Source: Craspedostauros australis
Lineage: Eukaryota
Assembly (NCBI GenBank): GCA_030167865.1
Contig: JALAGF010000323.1
Coordinates: forward strand, 62,001-93,917
DNA: 31,917 bases
Direction of reading: 5' to 3'
Shown here: piece after piece, positions 23,089 to 31,917 of the stretch
Position numbering within the stretch: position 1 is the stretch's first letter
How the letters are laid out: the number at the start of each line of letters is the position of its first letter
Program-made: the position numbers and the translations under genes
Notes under the pieces: generated by a model
What the model was told of the DNA's origin: nothing
Seen by the model: only the letters and a program-made list of their open reading frames with translations
The model's database searches: none

Positions 23089-24696
23089 CTACTTATTCTT
23101 TTTTGCTTTGCTGGTCGCAGATTTCTTGGTCACATTCTTCACCTTTCTCCCGTCGCTCTCCTCCTTCTTCCACTTGCCTTGAACGTACTCGACGAGATAC
23201 TGCGCTAATGCCAGGACGACAAGGACGGGGACGAAGATACACACTTTGTCGAAGTACAGCGGGCCGTTATCTGTCCCAAACGTGGTACAGAACCAGACGA
23301 AGAGGGTCGAAATGAATTGTGGAAGTCTTCCACCGCCCAACATTGCCACAAATGGCAGGACCATTCGTCGTGCTGTGGATATAGGAGTGGCGAAGACGTA
23401 CTTTCGTGCCACATAGACTGGCTCATCACTGGAGTTGGGCAGCATTGCATGGAGAGTGCTGAGATCAACATGCCGGTTGGCGTGGTCATTCGAGTTGTGA
23501 TGGACAACTGCCATGCCTCTCTGGGGGCTGATTTTGATCGGCTCCTTGCCCGACGGGTACACAATCGGGCCACCTGCGTCGGATAGGAAGACGGTGATCG
23601 TCGCAATGGGCACTGTGGCGGAGCCCGAAGCATCACCACCGAAGGTGTCGTAGTGCGGCAACCAATGCCCCCCGGGCTCGACGCGGTCAACGACAAAGTC
23701 GCTAAAATGGGCCGTAGGGAATCCTGTCACCTGCTCGATCCGTTCTTCGGATGCTTTCCTCGACTGGCTTTGCAGCATGCCCTCCCACAATATCAAACGG
23801 TCGACGCCCTTGCTTTTCTCGGGCTGATCGTAGAGCTGGAGAAGATCTATGCCGCCAACACTGCTCGGTATTTTCGGCTGCAAAGCCTCCACCCGGTTTC
23901 GCACGTCGCGGACCTCATCGTCCGTCAGGAGGTTGTGGATGAGGTACAAGGTCGGTTCCGCTGGCTCAACGTCTTCAAAAAACGGCCTGTCCCCTGCTGC
24001 GTACAAGCGAACTCGGTCCGGCATCCCGTGGTTGACGATTTCTTCCTGTGTCATTCCGGCGTCGACCGTCGCGGTCGTTAGGACATTGGCAGAATTCAAC
24101 GACACCATGATAACCGGAATGTCGATATCCTTGGCCATCTGCAACTCTTGCTGGCCTGCGTCCATTCGGAAGATATCGTCAGGGCGTTTGTCATTCACGT
24201 TAACGACGAGCAGGGCAGCCGCGCCGCTAATCTTGGCAACTTCCGCCATCTGCACATACGATAGCACGCCTCCGTTGGTCATGACGACCATGTTCCCCTC
24301 CACCTCATCAGCGTTGAGAAGCTTTTGAGGCTCGCCAAGTCTCTCATCTCGATCTTCAGATCCTCCGTCAGCATCTACGCTTCCAGTGAGAGGTGAGGCC
24401 AGAATGGGCTTGCACTCAACCTCCAGAAGCGCTGCCTGATCGGTCTGCGGTCCAAAATAAGCAACTGACGCATCGAGCGCCGATATCACAGCTGAATTTC
24501 CCCACTCGAGCACAGCAGCTTCTACTTGCGTGCGGCGCGGAAAGTGCAAGTACGGCAGGGATGATAAATTTCCATCAGCAAACCGTTTGCTGCTGTTTGC
24601 GTGTTCGTCCTGAGCGGTCACGGCGTGCGGCGCCTGCATCAGCGACAAGTTCCATGCAAGGAAAGGGATTCCGAGCATCGGGGAGGAACACTTCAT
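23089..24696 (-). CDS. Secretory-pathway membrane protein: PA domain plus prolyl-4-hydroxylase-like 2OG-Fe(II) domain, 535 aa
   Basis: Signal-like start MKCSSPMLGIPFLAW...AVTA. PA domain (GNMVVMTNGG...AKISGAAALLVVN...IDIPVIMVS). P4H-like motifs LYLIHNLLTDDE, RIEQVTGFP, PHYD, ATITVFLSD, PQRGMAV, TLHAMLP and ARKY. Hydrophobic C-terminal helices and a KKNK end. Confidence 0.8.
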   Translation of the reverse strand: MKCSSPMLGIPFLAWNLSLMQAPHAVTAQDEHANSSKRFADGNLSSLPYLHFPRRTQVEAAVLEWGNSAVISALDASVAYFGPQTDQAALLEVECKPILASPLTGSVDADGGSEDRDERLGEPQKLLNADEVEGNMVVMTNGGVLSYVQMAEVAKISGAAALLVVNVNDKRPDDIFRMDAGQQELQMAKDIDIPVIMVSLNSANVLTTATVDAGMTQEEIVNHGMPDRVRLYAAGDRPFFEDVEPAEPTLYLIHNLLTDDEVRDVRNRVEALQPKIPSSVGGIDLLQLYDQPEKSKGVDRLILWEGMLQSQSRKASEERIEQVTGFPTAHFSDFVVDRVEPGGHWLPHYDTFGGDASGSATVPIATITVFLSDAGGPIVYPSGKEPIKISPQRGMAVVHHNSNDHANRHVDLSTLHAMLPNSSDEPVYVARKYVFATPISTARRMVLPFVAMLGGGRLPQFISTLFVWFCTTFGTDNGPLYFDKVCIFVPVLVVLALAQYLVEYVQGKWKKEESDGRKVKNVTKKSATSKAKKNK

Positions 24697-25952
24697 GATG
24701 CTCGTCGTCTGTCCTTGTCTGCACTCGTGCCCTCCGTACGTACTGCGAGTATGCCAGCAGTTCTCACCACCTCCGTCACCGGCTGCGCTGCCCAACTGAG
24801 CTGATTGAGATAGAAACGAGGAGGGCAGAGCGGAGCAAGGTATGGTTGAGTATGGTAGATTGTGCTCTACTTGTGTGGGTATGTCGCGGTACGGATGGGG
24901 TGCAGCACAGCAGTTTGTCAGGAATGAGAGCACCTCCGTCGCTCGTAACGGGCTCAACGTCGCTGGAGACGGGATGGTGTAACCTGCGATGTTGGGACCC
25001 TCTCTGGTGGGTCGACCTCGGCTTGGCTTTGGATGACGCCTCGCGGATGCGACAACTTGTGGTGTGTGCTTCGCGTCATCTGTGCGAATTCTCTGGAAGT
25101 CCTGCCTCCACGTGGATTTCACGCATGTGTTGGTCGGGTGACTCGATCGCGCGATCCTTGATCCACTCACAAACGAAGGCCAGACCAATGTCTGTATGTT
25201 CACACAAGAAGTTCGTGACATACGAAAAAGCAGGTATGAAAACACAATTCGCACGAGGTTTCGACACAATCTGCGAAAATGGCTCAACCCCCCAAAACGC
25301 AAGAAACAGAACACTCTCTTCCAGAATACTACCATAAATTACTAAATTCATCGTACTACATGCGCTTTTTGGGCGTTCGCGAGTGAAAAATCCACAACGA
25401 GTTCGGGTATACGGGACTCAAATCAAAAGTGTTTGACAACAGTATATTACCAGTACTCCCGAAAGGCGAGAAGCATGCGTTTCAGCAGATCATCTCCACC
25501 AAAGCGTTTGGACATGGGACCCTCCTCCGGGTTGACACTGCCCTCTGCATTTCTCATCGCGCCATACACACATGCATAGTCGCATGGCACCCCGCCCATT
25601 GCATCCGCATGCGTGCTGGAGGCACGAACTCCACACCTCGGACGAAGTGCGACTTTTCTACTCAACACGGAAATTATGCTAACGCTGAAGAATATGATGG
25701 TAACGTGTGAATTACGTGTACTCAAGATCTGATCAAGATGACGCTGGGCTGTGCGTCATACTATGCTTGTGTTGAAAGGTGTTTTGGGTGTATTCACCTG
25801 CGCACGCGTGCAACGAATGGATGGTGTTGTCATGCGTGTGATGGCGGAACCAGGGTGTCTGCAGAGCTGCTGCTGTCTCCCGAAAGGGATCCTGGACTCC
25901 ACGGGACTGTTCATCCTGTCGAATTCCAGCCTAAGCTGACGTGCTCTGCGGC

Positions 25953-28900
25953 TTACAGCAAGAGGTTGCCGTTGGTCAACATGTCTTGCAATGTCAAACT
26001 TCCAACACCTTCGATGCGTACGAGCAATGAGCTTGCCAGCCCCGTTCCGTCAGGGTCGATGTAGACTTCGACGTCTCCGGTACCGGTTGGTCTCAGCTCG
26101 ACGTACTTGTCAATCTCAGTTTCGGCGAACTGAATGTCGAACCCGTTCAGAAGCTTTCCAAAGTTCAATTGGTCACCTTCGGCCGCATCGAAGTTTCTGA
26201 TGGTGTCCGTGGCAGTCGGGGCCAACCAGATGAATTCGTCAACGCCAGGTCCTCCAATCATCGTGTCGCTTGCTGCGCCGCTGATGAATCGGTCATGCCC
26301 ACCGTTACCGGTGAGGGTACTGCCAGAGGCGCCTGCTCGGAGAAGATCGTTGGTTGCTGTTCCTACCGTGGTCTCGGCACCGACCTCAGTCGGCACTTCG
26401 CTGAGAGTAAGTCGGAAGTCATCCGTGATGGTCTCTCCGATGGAGATGAATGTCAAATTGCTGTCTGTGGTGAAACCTGAGATCTCAACCTGGTTGGCTC
26501 CGTTCGCCTCGTATCCTGGTGCACACACAAGGTACACCTCGTTGGACTGAGCTTCAGTTCCGGTGAAGGTCCACTCCTCCGTCGTCTCGTCGTAGAACAA
26601 GCGTCCTCCAGCCGCGGCGTGCAAGACCACGCCTGCTGGAAGGTCTGTCAAGGTCAAAGTGATCACTTCTTCTGGGAACTCCCCCAGAGTGGCGCCGCCG
26701 CGGGCCCTTGTTCCGATGGTGTCAACCATTCGAATATTCATGTCCAACTTGTTTATGCACGTGGTGTTTTCGACATTTTCCGTCAAGATGAGGAATTCAT
26801 CGGCTGAGGGGCAAACTTCAACCTCAAAGCTGAACGCACCTTCCGTTTCGTCACCATTGAAATCTTCGATGACGAATCCACGGAGCGTCAGATCCAAGAC
26901 ACCAGAATAGTGTTCCGGTGGCTTGTACTCCAGCGTCTCGAGCTCCTCGACAGGGATAAACCATTGGTTGTTACCAGAGTTGGAACCGGCACTGAAGAAG
27001 GAACCCTCTGGGACGCCATCAACGACGACAGACAACAGCTCGGGACCGTTCGCGGTCTCATTATCAACGAGCTCGGCGACCAGGCCGTACAGTGGGAAGA
27101 AGACATCCTCCTCTCCCTTGTTGTCCATGCCAGAAATCATTGGAACATCCGCAACCGCATGCACCGTCACAGTGCTCGATGCTTCTGACCACAGCACATG
27201 ATCTCCATCGTCATCATCAGATGGCTCCTCGGTGGCGCTGATCACACTGATCGTGACAGCGCCATGCCAATGGACTGGTGGATTGATGACGAAAGATTCG
27301 GCCTCTGCAAGCGTCATACGGTAGTACCCGTCGACGTTCTGTGTAATGCCTCTGAAACTTGTGGTTCCAGATACCATAGTGCCTTCGCTGATAGAGAATG
27401 GAGTGTTTCCTGGTGTGTCGAGAGCAACACTCACGTAGACGAACTCATGAACATCTTCACTCCCGTCCACATCTAGTTCGCTGACGGTGATTCGCGCCGA
27501 AATCGGGTTGTCTTCACCCACGTCGGGGGCGTTGATTCTGATCGATGGCCCATCAGCAACAGGGTCGACCTCCACGAAGAGGGTTGTTGGTCCTGTTGTA
27601 GCTGTGAGGAACGCATCATTCAATGCGAACGCCTCTGCGGTGAAGTTGAGAGTTCCAGAGAAGTCGCCAATTGGGCAAATCTCCACTTCCCTGATGGCAT
27701 CGGATGACACAGTGTATGTCTCCTTACCAGTGGCGCGCTCCTGGACGAAGTCACGGAAAGCACCCGTGACGGTCGTGCCTTCTGGCAAGTCCGTGATTTG
27801 AATGGATAAGATCACATCACCGGTCTCGTTGACGCCACGAAGGAGCTGAGCATCAATTGGATAACAGTCGTCTTCCGTGGTGTCATTCGAAAACACAATG
27901 AGCTGAGGTACTTCTGGAGGGGTGTATCCACAGGATTCGATGGAATCGCACGCATCAGGTGGATGGAAGACGGTCATGTTGATCACGGTTTGGTTCTGTG
28001 CGACGCTCATTCCATCCAAAGCGATCGCAGTGAAGGTGAAAATGTTTGTGGAGTTGATGTTGGGCTCGCTCACGATGAACAAGCCTCCATTTCTGGAGGC
28101 ACTTCGCAACTCTCCTCGTTGGAATAGCCATGTGTCGTTGCTTGCGCGGAAGCCGACGATGCCTCCTGTGGCGTTCTCCACTCTGAAGCTGAAGTTGAAT
28201 TCGATTGCCTCCAGAATGTAGTAGATGCTCTCTGATTCATTACGGTTCAAGTCAATATCGTCTCTGTCGGTAATATTTCCACTGAGTTCAATCGGCAACG
28301 GCACGTTCGAAGGTCCAAAGACTTCTGGCGTCGCGAACACGGTTGGCACATCCGCAACGGGTGCTATTGAGACGCTGAAATTCGCACTCTGGCTGTAGGT
28401 GCGAACTTCGAGGTTGCCATTGATTGTCGCTGTGTCCGTAATCTCTGCCTTGACCGGGAGAGAAAATGGAATATCCGAATCAAGGAAAAGGTCGTAGTCG
28501 ATCGAAATGCCCGAGATGTTGCCAGGTGTAATGCTGATGATTCCCGTGGTGTTGTCAAATTCGAAATTTCCATGCAACAGATCAGCAGCAACCAGGTCAA
28601 CAACAGTTGCATTTTGTTTACCGGTCAGCATATCCAATCTGGACTGGATTTGTGCATCTTCGATCAAGTTGCTCAAATCGAAAGTGAAGCCAATCACCTT
28701 CTCGGAGTTGTCGTTGTCCTTGTATCCGAAGATGCCGGCATTTGCAAGAGAAATATCCCCGCCTGCTTCCGTTTTTGCTTCGTCCGTTGAGAATGATGTT
28801 CTCCAATTTGCGAGGCCATCGACTGTGCTGTTGTTGATCACAGGGTAGACATCAATTTCGAGGACCCAGGGATCGGATGGAGTCTGATCTCCGTCAAGTT

Positions 28901-31900
28901 CCTGGGAGAGCGACGAGATCGTAATATGATCGTACGTCGTCGCCTGGCTCGGGTCCGCAGCGTTGATCTCTCCGGAGAAATTAGGAATCGGGGGAAGGTA
29001 CAGATCTGCGACTTGGTCTGGGAACACCTGGTAACGACCTCCGCCAAGGTATGCGACCGGGTCGCCGGATGACAGCTTTGGTCTCACGCCATCAGGCAGA
29101 TTTTCGATGATCAACGAGATCGATTCAGAAGTATCTGTATCGACAAGCAAGCCAGTGAGGTTGATGGCCGGGCCCAAGAAGTATCGCTCATCCTCGAAAG
29201 CATCGATTGCGATTGAACTTGTTCTTGGCTTGTCGGCAATGCCCGTGATGTCGACGGTGACGTTGTAGTTGAACGCCTTGATATCAATGCCGCCAGTCGT
29301 TTGATCCGTGACTTGGATGTACGTCTCCAATAGGATGGGTCCTTGAAGAGCTTCAGAATAGTGAAGAGGCGGGAGCACCTCCAAATTCTCGATGGCTTCT
29401 GGGGGCAAAACGTAACGACCGTCGACAGGTGTGAGTGTCGTGTCCGCAAAACGCAGCTCAGTCCCTTCCGGAAGATTCGACGCGACGATGAACGCCACGT
29501 AGGTCTCAGAACCGTCAAGATCGCCAAGAGTGATACTGAATGGGACGTCGAGAATGGTGTCTTCCACGCCAATTGCATTGCTCTTTACTCTGACTTCGGG
29601 AATGTCTACAACGGGCGCGATGGCGATCGAAAAATAGTCAGTGACATTTTCAAATTCACTCGTGCCGTCTGCCCCACCGAAACTTGGATTTGCGAACCCA
29701 GGAAATTCCTGTGAGATTGTTTGAACTTTGATTCCTTCTGTTCCGTTCAATCCGGCCGACCAGTTGTCCGCAGCGTCGAATTCGATACCTGAGTTGGCTA
29801 GCACAGTGTTGATGGCAGCCACGGCCTCCACGTCGGTTGCGTCGTCGTCGGCCACATGGATATCATAGACTCCATCGCCGAGGTCGTCAAGTCTTATCAG
29901 ACCAGTCGACGAAGAGTCAACAATTGTGCCGATTGGCACCAGGCCATCGCGTGCATGTTCGTAGAGAGGAAGTGTGATCCTGACGAAAGGACGCTCGGAC
30001 CCGTCAGCATCATTACTGCGATCGATTGTGAAGTTCAGTGGTATGTTGGGCCCATCTTCCTGGCCTGAAATCAACTTTTCATTGACAATAATCACAGGTA
30101 CATCTGCAACACCATCAATGGTGACTCGGTGTTCGTATTCGAAGTCTCCTTCGTTTGCGACGCCAAGATTGATGTCGACAGTGCTGACTTGAACAGTGAA
30201 GGAATCATCAAAAGCTGCATGCATTGGCCCATGATTCATGCTGAATGTTCTGATGGTGTCTCGAATTTCACTTTCTGCTTCGGCGAGCTCTTCTCTGGTG
30301 AGGTTCAGGAGGCTGTCAGTGTTGGTGATGAGGTCGTGGGTTACGATGTAAGTGTCATTGCCACCATCGTACTCCACCTTCGCGCCACCGACTCCATCGA
30401 TCGTAGATCCTGGAACTGTTGGGACAAAGGTTCCGAACCAGTCGAAATCAAGCACTCCTACAGTTGGTGTCCTGTGAATAATGATTTGAGTGATGAACTC
30501 CGTCTCTGGATTGTTGCCAACGACCACGGTTGTGTTCGTTTCGTCCGTGGAATTTGTTCCTCCTGTGACGTTCGTTGGATCGGCTGGGGCTGATTCGTTG
30601 AATCCAACATCCACCAGCACCATGTTCGCAAGGTCTTCACCCACTGATACAAGCTGAATGTCTTCTGTGCCTGACGAAGACGTTGAAACAGGTGGATCAG
30701 CCACCGGGAAGATGGTCAAATTGACTCCCTTGGAAGATGTGAAAGCAGTTGCCGAATTTGTAGCTGATCCATCCACAACGGCACCTCTAACGATCATCGG
30801 GAGACGCTCTCCGCTGAAATGATCGCCTCCTTGGAGTTCGATGGGTTTATTGGGATCAAGTGGGACGCGAATCCAATTCGGATCAGGACCATCGTCAGTC
30901 GGAATCTGAACTCCACCAACAAACACCTTGATACCAGGTGGCGCAGAAAACCGAAGGATCTCGACAAATTGGTTCTCCGAAGCATCTGTGTCAACAATCC
31001 CTGTAATGTCCACGGAAGGGAATGGGATGCGCGTGTCTTCCAAACCAACCAAGTTCGAGAAATTAAGAACTGCAACGATGGTTTCAGTGATCACAGGGTC
31101 CACCGGGATGAGGAATGAATCGACAGCGGTAGCACGAGGGATGGCGACTTCGCCGTCCTCGGTTGGATTGGACTCAATGGCCGTCACGATGACCGTCACG
31201 TTGATGTCCTCTCCATTGAAGAGACCGGGCTTGATCTCCAAATCGAGCAACGCGGACTCAATGTCATCCGTGGCACCGACGATCACGACGATGCCATCGT
31301 CGATGGTGATGTTCACATCTGGGTAGGATGCGTTGCTGGGGAATCTCACCACAGGTGCGTTGCCGTTTCCTGGCGTCGTCAGAATGATCGTCACGTTCTC
31401 GAACGTCTCCGATCCATCGAAGTCGTTCAGGCTCACGTTGACTGGGTAGTTCTTCAGCGTCGAGTTCTCGGCGACGGTCACCATGGTCTCATTTCCAGCC
31501 TCTACGGATGGCTGATCGACCACGGCGAGCACTGTCACGTAGTACTTCAGCGAGAACGAGTCTTCGACTGTCGTCACGCCATTCGAGTCTGTCACCGTTC
31601 CGTTCAGCTGGACGACGAAGTTCTTGTCGTCATCGTCGGCCAGGGTGATGTTGAAGCTCTCCAGCACGGTCAGCACCTCGGTGCTGTTGGCTCCGCTGAG
31701 GGTGATTGTGGTTCCAGCTGGTCCCTCGGTCACGTTCACCGTGACGCCCGGGATTCCGTTGTGGCTGGTGGTCTGCAGGTTGGGTGGCAGGCCGGACACG
31801 AGCAGATCCAAGGATTCGGATCCGTCCGTGTCGTCGAGGGAGTCGGCAGAGATGTTGAGCAGCTCGCCGAGCTCCACGATCAGGTCTGTGTCGGCGGTCA

Positions 31901-31917
31901 CCGTCATGACGTTCTCG
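25953..31917 (-). CDS. Giant repetitive acidic adhesin-like protein (>1984 aa, 5'-truncated) with Ig/cadherin-like repeats, RTX-like motifs and a T1SS-target-like C-terminus
   Basis: The frame is open to the window edge with no intron over about 6 kb. Recurrent DxDGSE, 'ED', 'xLPxG', 'FSG' and V-x-P/A-V-A-D-x-P motifs. C-terminus LTGNGGHD...MIGGPGVDEF...DTIRNFDAAEGDQLNFGKLL...VYIDPDGTG...LVRIEGV...LTNGNLLL. Confidence 0.85.
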   Translation of the reverse strand, partial: ENVMTVTADTDLIVELGELLNISADSLDDTDGSESLDLLVSGLPPNLQTTSHNGIPGVTVNVTEGPAGTTITLSGANSTEVLTVLESFNITLADDDDKNFVVQLNGTVTDSNGVTTVEDSFSLKYYVTVLAVVDQPSVEAGNETMVTVAENSTLKNYPVNVSLNDFDGSETFENVTIILTTPGNGNAPVVRFPSNASYPDVNITIDDGIVVIVGATDDIESALLDLEIKPGLFNGEDINVTVIVTAIESNPTEDGEVAIPRATAVDSFLIPVDPVITETIVAVLNFSNLVGLEDTRIPFPSVDITGIVDTDASENQFVEILRFSAPPGIKVFVGGVQIPTDDGPDPNWIRVPLDPNKPIELQGGDHFSGERLPMIVRGAVVDGSATNSATAFTSSKGVNLTIFPVADPPVSTSSSGTEDIQLVSVGEDLANMVLVDVGFNESAPADPTNVTGGTNSTDETNTTVVVGNNPETEFITQIIIHRTPTVGVLDFDWFGTFVPTVPGSTIDGVGGAKVEYDGGNDTYIVTHDLITNTDSLLNLTREELAEAESEIRDTIRTFSMNHGPMHAAFDDSFTVQVSTVDINLGVANEGDFEYEHRVTIDGVADVPVIIVNEKLISGQEDGPNIPLNFTIDRSNDADGSERPFVRITLPLYEHARDGLVPIGTIVDSSSTGLIRLDDLGDGVYDIHVADDDATDVEAVAAINTVLANSGIEFDAADNWSAGLNGTEGIKVQTISQEFPGFANPSFGGADGTSEFENVTDYFSIAIAPVVDIPEVRVKSNAIGVEDTILDVPFSITLGDLDGSETYVAFIVASNLPEGTELRFADTTLTPVDGRYVLPPEAIENLEVLPPLHYSEALQGPILLETYIQVTDQTTGGIDIKAFNYNVTVDITGIADKPRTSSIAIDAFEDERYFLGPAINLTGLLVDTDTSESISLIIENLPDGVRPKLSSGDPVAYLGGGRYQVFPDQVADLYLPPIPNFSGEINAADPSQATTYDHITISSLSQELDGDQTPSDPWVLEIDVYPVINNSTVDGLANWRTSFSTDEAKTEAGGDISLANAGIFGYKDNDNSEKVIGFTFDLSNLIEDAQIQSRLDMLTGKQNATVVDLVAADLLHGNFEFDNTTGIISITPGNISGISIDYDLFLDSDIPFSLPVKAEITDTATINGNLEVRTYSQSANFSVSIAPVADVPTVFATPEVFGPSNVPLPIELSGNITDRDDIDLNRNESESIYYILEAIEFNFSFRVENATGGIVGFRASNDTWLFQRGELRSASRNGGLFIVSEPNINSTNIFTFTAIALDGMSVAQNQTVINMTVFHPPDACDSIESCGYTPPEVPQLIVFSNDTTEDDCYPIDAQLLRGVNETGDVILSIQITDLPEGTTVTGAFRDFVQERATGKETYTVSSDAIREVEICPIGDFSGTLNFTAEAFALNDAFLTATTGPTTLFVEVDPVADGPSIRINAPDVGEDNPISARITVSELDVDGSEDVHEFVYVSVALDTPGNTPFSISEGTMVSGTTSFRGITQNVDGYYRMTLAEAESFVINPPVHWHGAVTISVISATEEPSDDDDGDHVLWSEASSTVTVHAVADVPMISGMDNKGEEDVFFPLYGLVAELVDNETANGPELLSVVVDGVPEGSFFSAGSNSGNNQWFIPVEELETLEYKPPEHYSGVLDLTLRGFVIEDFNGDETEGAFSFEVEVCPSADEFLILTENVENTTCINKLDMNIRMVDTIGTRARGGATLGEFPEEVITLTLTDLPAGVVLHAAAGGRLFYDETTEEWTFTGTEAQSNEVYLVCAPGYEANGANQVEISGFTTDSNLTFISIGETITDDFRLTLSEVPTEVGAETTVGTATNDLLRAGASGSTLTGNGGHDRFISGAASDTMIGGPGVDEFIWLAPTATDTIRNFDAAEGDQLNFGKLLNGFDIQFAETEIDKYVELRPTGTGDVEVYIDPDGTGLASSLLVRIEGVGSLTLQDMLTNGNLLL

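Noticed and set aside
24697-25335. 213-aa N-terminal extension of the 748-aa ORF
   Set aside because: It lacks protein-like features, and the signal-peptide-like segment begins at ATG 24696. More likely 5' UTR/promoter with a chance open frame.
25953-31917. Bacterial contaminant contig fused to the scaffold
   Set aside because: Considered unlikely, though not excluded. Sequon density, cysteines, the absence of T1SS genes downstream and eukaryote-like adjacent intergenic DNA all favour a resident gene.
1-31917. CRISPR array, rRNA/tRNA, transposase or reverse transcriptase
   Set aside because: No repeat-spacer structure, RNA gene signature or mobile-element protein motif was recognised.

Overview
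Gene-dense eukaryotic nuclear DNA (about 50% GC, GT-AG introns), most likely from a diatom or related stramenopile; the taxon is inferred from gene content and style. Ten protein genes can be modelled. In order: a 5'-truncated cyclic-nucleotide-regulated (PKG-like) kinase, an F-box protein, a small membrane protein, mitochondrial ATP10, a large TPR protein, a pfkB sugar kinase, a bHLH factor, a bZIP factor, a PA-domain/prolyl-4-hydroxylase-like fusion, and a 5'-truncated giant (>1984 aa) repetitive protein. All six predicted introns restore the reading frame. The standout is the giant protein. It has the architecture of a bacterial type-I-secreted RTX adhesin (Asp-rich Ig/cadherin-like repeats, RTX-like nonapeptides, T1SS C-terminal target-like domain), yet carries over 40 N-glycosylation sequons and several cysteines. 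This suggests a horizontally acquired adhesin adapted to the eukaryotic secretory pathway. No RNA genes, CRISPR arrays or mobile elements were recognised.
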